This document shows, piece after piece, positions 1 through 10,140 of a DNA stretch of 64,000 bases (its first letter is position 1; each line of letters opens with the position of its first letter). A program made the translations under genes and the position numbers. The notes below the pieces were generated by a model, which searched no databases, was not told the DNA's origin, and was given only the letters and a program-made list of their open reading frames with translations. Source of the DNA: an uncultured archaeon (GTDB lineage: Archaea; Thermoproteota; Nitrososphaeria; Nitrososphaerales; Gagatemarchaeaceae); contig CAWFOU010000007.1 of NCBI GenBank assembly GCA_963817525.1, positions 128,001 to 192,000 on the forward strand, in the 5' to 3' direction.

Positions 1-2
1 AC

Positions 3-647
3 CGCGGCGCTGCTCTGCGAGGCGGTGACTTGGGCGTCGCTCTGGAGCTTCGTGGTGATGTTGCTGGAGGCCACCGCTGCGGCGTAGGCCTGGTTGTCGT
101 ATGTCACTGAGGCAGACTGGATTCCCATGCGCACCGCGTCATAGGTGCCGCTCTGGATCTTCGCGGCCGCTATCGTCTGGCTCACGTTCTCGGAGCTCAT
201 CAGGTTGATGGTCCCCGTCCCGTTGAGCTGCACCCAACCGGTCGCGTTGCTGGCGCCGGCCGTGTGGACGGCAAGCGAGCTGTAGGTGGCTGTCGCCGCG
301 GTGACGCCGGACGCGACCACTGGCGGGTCGGTCGCCATCATTGCAAAGTCGCCGCTGGACCCCTGCTGACTGGTCGTGCTGCTTGACGCCGTCGCGCTCG
401 TGCTCTGCGCGCTCGGCGTTGAGCTCGAAGTGCTAGAGGTAACGCCCGGCGATCCGCCGGACGCGGTGCTAGACGCAGCTACCGTGCTGCTGCCAGTCGT
501 GCTCGTCAGGGTTCCCGGCGCAGTGCTGCTCGATAAAATGGAGCTAGTTGTCTGCGCGGGTTTCTGCGCGACTTGGACGCCGATCATCGCGACTGCCACG
601 ATGGCCAGCACCAAGAGCGCTCCTGCCGCAATTGCTGTCGTTTTCAT
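3..647 (-). CDS. Secreted/membrane-anchored Ser/Thr-rich protein, DUF4382-like (3' end runs off the window)
   Basis: Manual translation from ATG at 647: MKTTAIAAGALLVLAIVAVAMIG (TM), long S/T linker, then GDFAMMATDPP...YSSLAVH...GWVQL...TINLM...GTYDAVRM, typical of archaeal DUF4382 proteins; absent from ORF track because no stop lies in the window. Confidence 0.7.
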   Translation of the reverse strand, partial: MKTTAIAAGALLVLAIVAVAMIGVQVAQKPAQTTSSILSSSTAPGTLTSTTGSSTVAASSTASGGSPGVTSSTSSSTPSAQSTSATASSSTTSQQGSSGDFAMMATDPPVVASGVTAATATYSSLAVHTAGASNATGWVQLNGTGTINLMSSENVSQTIAAAKIQSGTYDAVRMGIQSASVTYDNQAYAAAVASSNITTKLQSDAQVTASQSSAA

Positions 648-760
648 GTCGGACACTAGAGTGGCTGCTAGGAAAAGGAACCCTGTGAAACAGGCGTTCC
701 ATTTGAAGCGGGACGAGGTTACAAAGTTGCAATTATTGCAGGAACGGAAGTCCTAGAGGC

Positions 761-1408
761 TCATCTGCCGGCGCCGAGGAGCTCCCCTAGCAGGCGCCTC
801 TCGGCTCTTCGCCGGTGCCCCACGAGGGTCGAGCTGCCTATCTTCAGCCTCTCCCCCAATTGCTGGGAGCTTATCCTGCGGGGCAGGTCGTAGTATCCCA
901 ACTCGTAGGCGACCGTGAGCACCCTCCGTTGTTTCTCCGTCAGGCGGCTGAGAGGGGAGTCCTTGGGAAACTTCGCGTCCGTGATGCTCTCCACCCTGTA
1001 CCTGGCGCCCGTGCTCTCGACGTCATCCAGGAAGGACCTCACCTGTTTGCCCGTGCCGAGGTAGGTCATGCGGGCCCGGCCATCCCTTATCTCGAAGGGG
1101 ACGGACAGGTAGCCCCCGGCGGTGATGTGGGTGGCGTTCGGCCTGCTCTTGATGAAGTAGGTGTACGCCCCGTCCTTGTCATGGTCGAGCACCTGCATCT
1201 CGACGATGTCGGCGTCTCGGAAGTCCTCCAGCCTCAAGGAGGGGTCGAGGAACTTCACCCTGCACACGATGGCGATCTCATCGGGGCCCTCGTGCAGGAA
1301 CTGCATTATCTCCATGGCCTCCACCTTCTCCCACATGGGGTTTGGTTCGGCGCTCGCGTCGAATTTCCGCATGTCCTCCAGGCTCATCTCGATTACCACT
1401 CTGCGCAT
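761..1408 (-). CDS. Bacterio-opsin activator-type HTH_10 transcriptional regulator
   Basis: C-terminal LTEKQRRVLTVAYELGYYDLPRRISSQQLGERLKIGSSTLVGHRRRAE; divergent from the MFS gene. Confidence 0.85.
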   Translation of the reverse strand: MRRVVIEMSLEDMRKFDASAEPNPMWEKVEAMEIMQFLHEGPDEIAIVCRVKFLDPSLRLEDFRDADIVEMQVLDHDKDGAYTYFIKSRPNATHITAGGYLSVPFEIRDGRARMTYLGTGKQVRSFLDDVESTGARYRVESITDAKFPKDSPLSRLTEKQRRVLTVAYELGYYDLPRRISSQQLGERLKIGSSTLVGHRRRAERRLLGELLGAGR

Positions 1409-1504
1409 GCCAGGCCCCGTCACAGTGCGGTCTCTAAGCATTTTTACCTACATGCGCATATGCGCGCTACAAGGCTAATCTGGGGTCTGGATGGCGTTGC
1501 AGCC

Positions 1505-3070
1505 ATGGATACGGATGCGGCCGCCGCGGGAGGAGACACCCCAGGGAAGGGGGACGGCCCCTCGACGACCCCCGGTCTTTCGAGGGTCGCCTCGATCCTT
1601 GTGCTGGCGGGGGTCTTCTTCGCGATCCTCCTCGGTGCGATGGACGGCCTTGTCGTGGCAACCGTCCTCCCGACCGTGGCGGCAGACCTCCACCAGGTAG
1701 ACGGGGTCACGTTCGTGGCGGGGGCCTATCTGATCAGCTCGACTATCTCAATCCCGATATTCGCCCGCCTTTCCGACGTCTCAAGCCGTCGAAACGTCTT
1801 CCTCGGCGGCCTCGCGGTCTTCACGGTCGGCTCCGCGCTGGCGGGCCAAAGCCAGAACCTTACCGAGCTGATAGTCTTCCGGGCCATCCAGGGGGCCGGC
1901 GGGGGAGGCATCTTCCCGGTCGCCATAGCGATGGTCGCCGTCTTGTTCCCTCCACAGACCCGGGCGAGGGCGACAGGAGTGCTGAGCGGCGCCGCCGGGC
2001 TCGCGATCGTCCTGGGCCCTCTCGTGGGCAGCTACATCGTCTCGATCACCACCTGGCGTTGGGTCTTCTACATCAACCTCCCCTTCGGGGTCGTGGCGGC
2101 GGTGATCATGCTGGCCGCGACAGGCCCACTCCGGCCTGCCGTGCCAGGCAAGTTCGACCTGCCTGGAGCCGGGTTGCTGACTGGGTGGGTCACGGCCCTC
2201 ATGGTGGCTCTCGTCGAGGTGTCGGATTCGGGATGGGCGTGGACCGACCCCCGGATCATCGCCCTTCTGGCGGCGTCGGCCGCGCTCTTCGCCGCCTTTC
2301 TGCGGTTCGAGCTCCGCTCAAAGGAGCCACTCGTCCCCCTCAGGCTGATGAGGCGGCGCATAATCGCGGCCGTCAGCGGGACCATGCTCTTCACCGGAGT
2401 CGTCCTGAGCACCCTGATCACATTCCTCTCAGTGTTCGTCGGGGTCGTCCTGCTGCACAGCGGCCCCACGGCCACGGCCTCCGTGCGGGACATCATCTAT
2501 TTCCTGGCCGTCCCGTTGATCCTCGGAGCGGCCCTCTCAGGCCAGATCCTCACCCGGGTACCGTACAGGACCGTCGTAGCGCCGGGCCTGGCGGTGGCGA
2601 CCATCGTGGGGCTGTTTCTGACGAGGCTGACCTCTTCGAGCCCTCTCTGGGTGCTGGCGAACGGGTTCCTGCCCGTCGGCGGGATCGCCCTCCCTCTGAT
2701 CCCCTTGGGGTTCGGCCTCGGTTTCGCGCTGTCCGTCCCGACCATAGCGGTGCAGAACGAGGTCCCGACGGAGGAGGTGGGCGCGGCCATCGGCCTGACG
2801 CGGTTTCTCCAGAGCCTTGGCGGAGCCCTCGGGATATCGCTCCTCACCGCCTTCGAGACTTGGCGCTTCCAGGCGCTCTCCCAGGGCGTCACTTCTCCTG
2901 CCCTGGTGACGGACGCCCTCGTGTCCACGTACGACGAGGTCTTTCTGATACTGGTCGCGTGCATCGCGGTCGCGTTCCTGTTCGCCATGTTCTTTGTCGG
3001 AAGGGTGCCCAAGGCGGAGACCAAGGGTGAAGAGGCGGGAATTGCGGCGGATGCCCCTCAAGCTTCGTAA
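1505..3070 (+). CDS. MFS drug:H+ antiporter (EmrB/QacA, DHA2 type)
   Basis: AMDGLVVATVLP, ARLSDVSSRR, FRAIQGAGGG, WRWVFYINLP motifs; many TM segments; likely start ATG 1505 rather than 815. Confidence 0.9.
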   Translation: MDTDAAAAGGDTPGKGDGPSTTPGLSRVASILVLAGVFFAILLGAMDGLVVATVLPTVAADLHQVDGVTFVAGAYLISSTISIPIFARLSDVSSRRNVFLGGLAVFTVGSALAGQSQNLTELIVFRAIQGAGGGGIFPVAIAMVAVLFPPQTRARATGVLSGAAGLAIVLGPLVGSYIVSITTWRWVFYINLPFGVVAAVIMLAATGPLRPAVPGKFDLPGAGLLTGWVTALMVALVEVSDSGWAWTDPRIIALLAASAALFAAFLRFELRSKEPLVPLRLMRRRIIAAVSGTMLFTGVVLSTLITFLSVFVGVVLLHSGPTATASVRDIIYFLAVPLILGAALSGQILTRVPYRTVVAPGLAVATIVGLFLTRLTSSSPLWVLANGFLPVGGIALPLIPLGFGLGFALSVPTIAVQNEVPTEEVGAAIGLTRFLQSLGGALGISLLTAFETWRFQALSQGVTSPALVTDALVSTYDEVFLILVACIAVAFLFAMFFVGRVPKAETKGEEAGIAADAPQAS

Positions 3071-3130
3071 GAGCTGAGAGCTGAGAGCCCCGCATGCGGT
3101 AAAATAGGGACGCCCGCAAGGAGGGGTGGC

Positions 3131-3243
3131 GGGCCCGTAGCTCAGATCCCGTAGAGGAGAGAAGCCAGGATAGAGCATCGGGCTTTTAACCCGAGGGTCA
3201 GGTCTCGGAACCCCCTAGGCGGGTTCGAATCCCGTCGGGCCCG
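3131..3243 (+). tRNA. tRNA-Lys(TTT) with two non-canonical introns (3146-3164 at position 15/16; 3200-3218 at position 48/49)
   Basis: Removing both 19-nt inserts gives GGGCCCG TA GCTC AGCCAGGATA GAGC A TCGGG CT TTT AA CCCGA GGGTC GCGGG TTCGAAT CCCGT CGGGCCC G, a complete cloverleaf; both inserts fold as BHB-like motifs. Confidence 0.92.
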
Positions 3244-3712
3244 CCTCCGCTCGAGTCCGAATCCCTTCCTTGCTCTTCGACTGCGGTTCGGTAGGCTTGG
3301 GCATACGGAATGGAGTACGCTCCTCGAATATAAGCGCCAACCCCTAGGCGTTGCAGACATCTGAAACGATTTGAATTCTATCTACCGAAGTAGAGGTAGA
3401 AGATAACTTCTACCTATCATGTAAAAGGGGACGGAGAAATGGCAAAAAATGCTAGGCTTGCTTGCCGAGAGCAGGATTGGAGCTTTATTTTACCGTCAAA
3501 TCCGTCCGGAGCGGCAAGGTCCAAGGTCAGGGTGTGGGCCCAGACATCTTGGTTCAAAAATTCCAACATCAGCACATGAGAAACGGGTTGGCAGTCCGAA
3601 ACAATTTTGCTCGCCCAGTCAATTAATCCTTCTCCAAAAGCCTAATGGCGCTCGTTTTATGACACCGTGAACCTCATTGTCAAGCCGACTACTCTTGACG
3701 TACGCCCGACCT

Positions 3713-5050
3713 ATGCGAATCCTCATCGATTCCTTCACTCTCGATAAGGCCCTCACGGCTGCCAATCCGATGGCGGCAATTCTACTGAAGTATAGTGACT
3801 CGAGTTTATTTGAATTCATTCGCTCTCCGGAGAGGACTACCGCATTACTCCTAGTTTCGATACCTGAATACAGCGTCAACACACAGGCACCACCAATGAT
3901 GACAACAATTCAGGTAGGAACGAGAAATAGGTCGTCGGAGTCCGCCTTCCCGTATCGTCAGGTCGACATGGATGTCGTTGGAAAATATGCATTCAGTTCG
4001 ACCGCGCTCTCACCTCGTCAAAAAGAGAGGATATTCCAAGTGTTTGTGCAGGCGGTTCTCAACGGCAGAGGTCCAGATCAGAGCTTATTTGTTACTGAAG
4101 ACAGAGTCCTCTTGAGAACTCGGCTGTGGTTTGAAGCGCACTTTCCCGGCAGGCGACTAAATATTGTCACAATCAATGAAGCCGCCGAGATGATGGATTT
4201 GTTCGCGAAATACAACCAAACATTCCTGCTCGCAAGCATAGCCACAACCAGGAAATGGCATCTGTATTGGTTATCGTTCAGAACCAAGGTACCATTTTTC
4301 AACGTTCCCTCCACTGCCGTTCAGGCCGCAGGTGCTTTGCGCTCCTCTAATTATCTGGACGCATTCTCATCGCGAATGATCTACTTGCTGATGTCAGTAG
4401 ATGAATTAGGATTCCAGCACTACTTGGGCGTGGATAACGACACGGAGGAAAATACGATGTACCATTTCAATTACGCGATTTCCCTTATTTCCAGCATCTT
4501 CGATAGCCTAGCCCTAGAAACCAAGGGCAAGCTGAGTCTTCATTTCAGGGACGAACACATTCCTTCTAGGACGTCGCTCTCAAAAGATGCAGGTGAAGAA
4601 TTCCTGAGAGCGATCGAGAGCAGAGACCCAATTCTGAGGACTCACATCCGAAACCATAGCGCGTTCATCAATCTCATAAGTCAACTTAGGCAATTAGCGA
4701 TTCACAGGGAAGGGTTTCTCAAGCTCGCATATGAAAAACGAGGGGCCCAAGGCGAAACCTGGAAATCAATCTTCATCCCCATTGACCAAGATATTTCAAA
4801 CAAGGTCAAGCATGCACTGGGGCGCAGACTCATTCCGTATGAGGAGATAACCGGTTCTGGCATTCACGAGATTGGTACTAGGCGCTATCTTCAACCATTC
4901 CATTTCGTTAAGGCCGCCGCCGGAAAGCTTAGCCAGTTTTCGTCACGGTACCTTGAATTGCTAGGCTACCCCAACTACATGACAACAGTCACACATCCCC
5001 AGTTCTCTACTGAAAGTAGATTGTACAGCCAGAATAAGCTTGGATTCTGA
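3713..5050 (+). CDS. Putative PIN-like + HEPN-like protein (possible defence effector)
   Basis: N-terminal ILIDS...FVTEDRVLL...IVTINEA resembles PIN; C-terminal helical region with LRQLAIH (RxxxxH). Confidence 0.55.
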   Translation: MRILIDSFTLDKALTAANPMAAILLKYSDSSLFEFIRSPERTTALLLVSIPEYSVNTQAPPMMTTIQVGTRNRSSESAFPYRQVDMDVVGKYAFSSTALSPRQKERIFQVFVQAVLNGRGPDQSLFVTEDRVLLRTRLWFEAHFPGRRLNIVTINEAAEMMDLFAKYNQTFLLASIATTRKWHLYWLSFRTKVPFFNVPSTAVQAAGALRSSNYLDAFSSRMIYLLMSVDELGFQHYLGVDNDTEENTMYHFNYAISLISSIFDSLALETKGKLSLHFRDEHIPSRTSLSKDAGEEFLRAIESRDPILRTHIRNHSAFINLISQLRQLAIHREGFLKLAYEKRGAQGETWKSIFIPIDQDISNKVKHALGRRLIPYEEITGSGIHEIGTRRYLQPFHFVKAAAGKLSQFSSRYLELLGYPNYMTTVTHPQFSTESRLYSQNKLGF

Positions 5051-5276
5051 CGAACCCGATTCGGTCATTCCAATGAGGCCTACGGGGCGGGGGAATCGTA
5101 CTTGATGCGGCTGAGGATCTTTTCGCGTTCCTCCTTTCTGTCGATTCCGAGCCGTTTGAGCGCTGCAAGGTGTCCAGCTCGCTCCTTCTTCGCGGCGAAT
5201 TCGACCTCGCCCCGTCAATCAGAAAGCCGCATTCAGTAAGTAAGCCTTTAATGCTGCAGAGAGCCAATTCGGAGAG

Positions 5277-6440
5277 TTGACGCTAGTAGTCTGCGTGCAG
5301 TGCAGAGAGGGCATGGTTGTTGCAACAGATAGCAGAGCTACTTACGAAGGCGCTCCGCTCATGAGAGAGACAACCGGAAAAATCTTCCCTATTGATAATA
5401 GATTCTGCATCGCCACAATCGGCTGGACTGGGGGTGCTGACAGAGTTGTTGACGAAATAAAGGTACAATTCGAAAAGGCCAGGATCGACACGACCAGAGC
5501 TTTCCTCGACTTATGTGAAGATACCTCGTTCAGCTATCTGAAGCGATACAAGGAGCGACTGGATGTTTCAGATGAAAATGACAAGGATGACATGAGCTTC
5601 TACTTGGTCTGTGCCTCTTCGAGCGGGATATTTACCGTCGAGGATGGCATATCAGAGCAGACCTACGATTACGGATGTTTTGGCAGCAGCGAGAATTACG
5701 GAGAATACATTCTGAAGCAACTTTACAAAAGGAATTCTTCACTCAAGGAGGGAACCAACTGGGCGGTCTATGCGATTAAACAAGCCATGAGTTTGGACCC
5801 AAATGTAGGTGGACCTGTATACGTTGCTCACCTCACGAAGAACGGAATAAAGATCCTCAACCAAGAGGAAGTACTGAAAGTCCAACAACAAATATCCAGT
5901 CAATCTCCCGAGTTTCAGAGAGGCCTCTTTGATCTGGTGGATAGAATAGTCCAAGCACGAAGAGAAATCAACCAACTCACCATGAAGGCGCACAAACTCC
6001 CGTTGTTCGATCAACAAGAGGCGCCCATATGGACGCTTGCGCATCAAGTTGTGACGGAAGAAGACTTCACGAATGGGATTCTTGCCCTGGGCGTTCTCGT
6101 CGATGAAATGACTGCGCCGGGTGTAGCGAGTCAAGAAAGGAGCCCTGGAACTCAGTCAATAGGCGGACTTGAGAAGTGGCTGCAGGAACAGCACGAGTCA
6201 AAGGAGGAGATTGAGAAAATAACAAAACCTCTGAGGCAGATACGCAGTCTACGAAACAAGAAACTTCCAGTTCATCCAGATGACGCCGAATTCATATCCG
6301 TGGTGGTGAACTGGGGCCTATCTTTTCCCCCCGACTGGGCCAGTTTGCATGTCATGGCGGTCGGCAAATATCTCTCATTCCTTGGAAACATGCTAGCGTT
6401 GCTCTCAAAAGAGAAAGGCAAAGCCAAAGCGCTCCGTTGA
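5277..6440 (+). CDS. Proteasome beta-type Ntn peptidase fused to a ~170-aa helical (HEPN-like) C-terminal domain
   Basis: (M)T1-LVV...ATD17SR19...K34IF, FGSS, DPNVGG motifs; C-terminal PLRQIRSLRNKKLPVH. Confidence 0.75.
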   Translation: MTLVVCVQCREGMVVATDSRATYEGAPLMRETTGKIFPIDNRFCIATIGWTGGADRVVDEIKVQFEKARIDTTRAFLDLCEDTSFSYLKRYKERLDVSDENDKDDMSFYLVCASSSGIFTVEDGISEQTYDYGCFGSSENYGEYILKQLYKRNSSLKEGTNWAVYAIKQAMSLDPNVGGPVYVAHLTKNGIKILNQEEVLKVQQQISSQSPEFQRGLFDLVDRIVQARREINQLTMKAHKLPLFDQQEAPIWTLAHQVVTEEDFTNGILALGVLVDEMTAPGVASQERSPGTQSIGGLEKWLQEQHESKEEIEKITKPLRQIRSLRNKKLPVHPDDAEFISVVVNWGLSFPPDWASLHVMAVGKYLSFLGNMLALLSKEKGKAKALR

Positions 6441-6451
6441 CTGTCGAGTTG

Positions 6452-7448
6452 TCATCTGTTCGTCGGCAACGCCAAGGTCGGCACGGCCCACGCGCCGAGC
6501 CAGTTGGAAATCTCCTGAGCGTCAACTTGAGAGGCGGTTGACAAGTCTACGCGGTAGTGGGTCTGTGAAACGCCGGGAGGCTCCGCCATCGTAAAGTGAG
6601 GGGCGTCCGCAGCTCTGTACCACGCTAGGGACTTCTCGGCTTCAGTTGCGTCAAACCCAGGGCCGGGCTCATTCAATAACTCCATACCTGCCTGACGTAC
6701 GGCTCTCTCCAGCTTGATGAATTCTTCGGTCCCTGACAAATCTGCCCTAGCGCTGATAATCAACTCGCGAAGACTGAGTCCGGCATCTTCTTTTCGGAGG
6801 AGGAGAGATGCTATCATGATTTCTTCCCCTTCAAGTGGATAGATTTGTCGGTGAGCGAAATGATGTATCCGAACAGGCCCCAAAGCTGTCTTTACTTCGA
6901 CTCTTTTGGCAAAAGTCGAGAAGTCGAACTTGCGTGTCGTCTCACTATGCCAAAAAGGCGCCCAGAAGGCAAATCCTTTCACGAGACTCATCATAAAGAG
7001 TTCTCCCCACAGCCCCTGCCTTTCGCCTTGAAGGTCGGAGGATTGCTCCACTGAGAACAGTCTTGACATCGAGCCAAAGAAAGAGGTCAACATGGCAAGG
7101 TCTACTCTCCCTTCCTCATGACGGCTGACAAACGCATCTATGAGCACAAGGAAGGCTTCGACATCTCGGTCGTCAGCGGTCTCGCAGCGAAGAGCGTGAA
7201 AGCGCCCGGTGGTCACGGGACCCCCTATCGTTGCAACACTATACTCCTGTCCAACTTGGAGAGACACGTGAGAGGTACGCAAGGGCGGCTCGAGAACCCT
7301 TTCATCAGCTCGAATGAAGAGGCATGGCTTTAGTTGAGTCCACGCCAAGGTAAGTGTCGTCGTGACCAGGCAGTGCCATTACAGTGAAGGTGTGGCTAGA
7401 AGGGTTTGCCCGAAGCTCTTTGTAGATTTCCGCTGTCCGCGCTGACAT
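6452..7448 (-). pseudogene. PD-(D/E)XK motif protein (DUF4420-like), frameshifted near 7330
   Basis: RQGLWGELF, KFDF...VEVKT...IHHF motifs; the N-terminal part (MSARTAEIYKEL...LGVDSTK) is in another frame and joins if one A of an AAA run is removed. Confidence 0.7.
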
Positions 7449-7588
7449 GGCTATGGGCCACGCACTACGAAGCCGAGGTCGAACCTTGGGTCTCCCTCCG
7501 GAATGTAGAGTGCCAGAGCAGTCGTCAGTCTCGGCATCACAGGAGTTGTATAAACTTATATAGACAGCTAGCTCGCAGTTAAAAAGCC

Positions 7589-7885
7589 ATGACGCTTCAG
7601 ACCGCACGCCACAGCCGCATCTCGATCAAGAGAGTGTTGCACGAGCCGAAGATATCGACCATGATGATGATAGAGAAGGCTATACTCGACCATCAGGATT
7701 ATCTGATGAGGACGGAGCTCTGGAACTCCCTCCCGAAGAAGGTCCAGTATCAGACCTTCCAGAGGGCGCTCCAGTACCTCGAGAGCCACGGCACCATCGC
7801 CATCGATGATGAGGGAAAGATCTTCTACACCGGGGTCAACAACCAAAAGCTCAGGAAGCTGCTCGCCACGAGCGTCCCCGCCTAG
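7589..7885 (+). CDS. Small winged-helix-like protein (paralog of 15555-15854)
   Basis: HEPKISTMMMIEKAI...LWNSLPKKVQYQTFQRALQYLE; TATA-like TATAAACTTATATA upstream. Confidence 0.75.
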   Translation: MTLQTARHSRISIKRVLHEPKISTMMMIEKAILDHQDYLMRTELWNSLPKKVQYQTFQRALQYLESHGTIAIDDEGKIFYTGVNNQKLRKLLATSVPA

Positions 7886-7889
7886 CGAA

Positions 7890-8216
7890 TCAATAACCGA
7901 ACCTCTCTTCGTAGCTCTTGTGTTCCAGGGCTTCGAGCACAAGCACGGAAACCTCGTCACCATCCCGAGCGAGCGTGTAGATCGCCCTGAAGCCCTCGGG
8001 GAGATGGTAGCGGAACAGGTTGTTCACGCCGAACCTTCTGATGTAGTGCTTGGGAATCAGGCTCTTTCGGATGCTCTCTCCAGCAAACATGTTTTCCAGA
8101 AGGACCAACTTCATGTTGTCAAGCCACTTCCGCTCCGGGTCGTTCTGCGGGAGACTGTCGAGGTGAGCCTGGAGCCTTTCTTCAAACTTGACTGATTTCG
8201 GGGCTCTGGCGATTGC
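7890..8216 (-). CDS. RelE/ParE-like toxin-fold protein; 5' end possibly disrupted
   Basis: GESIRKSLIPKHYIRRFGVNNLFRYHLPEGFRAIYTL...HKSYEERFGY; frame stays open upstream of ATG 8114 to ~8216 without a canonical start. Confidence 0.6.
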   Translation of the reverse strand, partial: AIARAPKSVKFEERLQAHLDSLPQNDPERKWLDNMKLVLLENMFAGESIRKSLIPKHYIRRFGVNNLFRYHLPEGFRAIYTLARDGDEVSVLVLEALEHKSYEERFGY

Positions 8217-8378
8217 TCAGCTCACCGATTCGAAAAACACCATCGGCATAGTAAAACGTTCTGAGCCGATCCAGATAGAAGGCAGAGGAAGCGGTAAAAC
8301 TAGGAAGGCCCGGAAGCGTCGTCGCGCTCCAGGCGGGAGAGGAGAGCCAAGAACCTATCAAGGACCTCGGTGCTTGAC

Positions 8379-9496
8379 CTACTGCCAAGTGTCTGTGAAT
8401 GTGGTTGATCCCGTTATCGAGCCGGCCGCTTCGAGTGTGCTGCTTTGATAGAGATCATAAAGGCCTACATTGTAGCTTGATCCGATGTAGGTGTCATGCA
8501 TCCCTGATGGATCTTCGTCCCAGCCAGTCAAGGTGGGGGAGTTTGCTGACCAAAGCACCAGGTTGTGATTCGAGTCTGGAGCTTCGAATATTCCTTCGGT
8601 TTGGACGAACGTTGACTGTGAAGAGCCACCATTGGCAAGGCTAACAGTGAGTGAGTAGCTCCAACTTCCTATTATCCACTGGAAGGTAGGGCTTTGGGTC
8701 GTCCCGAGGAACGAAAACACGTACTCCTCAGAAGTTCCGTTTATTGAGGTCGGGTAAGTACTAAGGTACTTTTCAGTGGAGTTCGAGCCATGGAAATCGG
8801 CATAGAATAGAAGCCATGTCATGGTATGATGACCCGTGTAACTTCCACCACCCGAGCATCCTGCCTCATTGTAGCACACATTCATCCCATTCTGAAGCAA
8901 TTCCCGGTCCCTGAATTACTGCCGCTCAGGCCGGTCCAAAAGCCTGTTGCGCAGCCCGACGCTCCACCATAGCAACTTCCGTCCCAGGTCAAGTCGCCGT
9001 CATACACCCCACTTGTCTGCAGCGTGTAGCTCGCGCTAGAACATACTAGGGCTGCTCCGGATGCCGTGAAGGTACAATTGCCAGATGCTCCTCCAGACCA
9101 ATTGCCGCTGGAAGCGGTAGGCGTATCTTTGAAGTCACCAGAGGTATTGGCCGGATTCAGGATGACCGTGGTCGCATTCATCTTGGCAACGGTAGCGGAC
9201 AATCCCGAATAGGGGTCGTTCAGAAGCTTATCGTAGGCAGTACGGTTCATCGACATCTGACCGTTACCAATGTACTGGATGGTGTAGGTTCCAGTCGGAT
9301 CCTGGATTATTCCTGTGTCGAGAGGGGGAACTATTGACGGCTCTGACACGCGTGGCGCGCTAGTGGAGCTAGGCGTGACGGCCATCGCCTGAATAGCCAT
9401 TACGTTTAGCGAGAGCAGAGACAAGAGGCCGATACTGAGAGCGATTGGGTAAGACTGTCTTGCGCCAATCTTGTGTTTCATTAGGCTTCGTAACAC
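8379..9496 (-). pseudogene. Secreted peptidase G1 (eqolisin/A4)-like glutamic peptidase, frameshifted near 8903
   Basis: Signal peptide, SSGNWSG and FWTGLSG in ORF 8882-9496; LLQNG and TEGIFEAP (putative catalytic Q/E) in ORF 8379-8900. Confidence 0.6.
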
Positions 9497-9570
9497 TCAA
9501 ACATTGGATATGAGAGTTTATCAGAGGACTCTGACTAAAGTATTTATAATAGAAACGCCGCTTTTTCCAA

Positions 9571-10140
9571 ATGTCTCGACTAGGCTCCATCCTAGTTGCT
9601 CTTATCGGCTTCGCAATTCTTAGCACAGTATTTGCAAGTATCCATCTCCTGACACTATCAGGTAACCGCCTCCAAGACTCGCTTCCCGCCGGAAGTTCGA
9701 CTCCGCAATCTTTGCTTTTCCTTCTGCCAGCAGTTCGGTTCCTTTCAAACAATTCATTTGTACTTGCGCCTACAAGTTGGCTCCTTGTCGGAGGTGTATG
9801 GATGTGGCGCGGGCGCCTCAAGTCCAGGTGGGAAGAACTTGGATTTGACTCGGATGTATTCCAGCTTTTCGTGAAGATGAAGGGCGGAAGAACCAAGCTG
9901 AAAGTGATGAATGCTCTTGGAAAGCCCAAAGATCGCTACCAATTGGCAAAAGAGCTCGGCTTGGACTGGAGAGCCGTTGACCAACACCTCGTAGCCCTGG
10001 CTCGTTGTGGGTTGGTTAGCAATGATGTAGTATATGGCAAGGTACGCATGTACGCACTGACATCGTCAGGAACACGACTTCTCAGGCTGCTGGAAGACAT
10101 GAATGCAGAGACAGATAAGATACCCGCCCACATCGACTAA
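9571..10140 (+). CDS. Membrane-anchored ArsR-like winged-helix regulator
   Basis: Two N-terminal hydrophobic segments, then MKGGRTKLKVM...RYQLAKELGLDWRAVDQHL...YALTSSG. Confidence 0.8.
   Translation: MSRLGSILVALIGFAILSTVFASIHLLTLSGNRLQDSLPAGSSTPQSLLFLLPAVRFLSNNSFVLAPTSWLLVGGVWMWRGRLKSRWEELGFDSDVFQLFVKMKGGRTKLKVMNALGKPKDRYQLAKELGLDWRAVDQHLVALARCGLVSNDVVYGKVRMYALTSSGTRLLRLLEDMNAETDKIPAHID

Noticed and set aside
815-1504. Long N-terminal extension of the MFS ORF (751 aa)
   Set aside because: It is the antisense shadow of the HTH_10 regulator; transporter similarity begins after ~1505.
5277-6440. Housekeeping proteasome beta subunit (psmB)
   Set aside because: No propeptide, a long C-terminal fusion, lower GC and location inside a mobile element.
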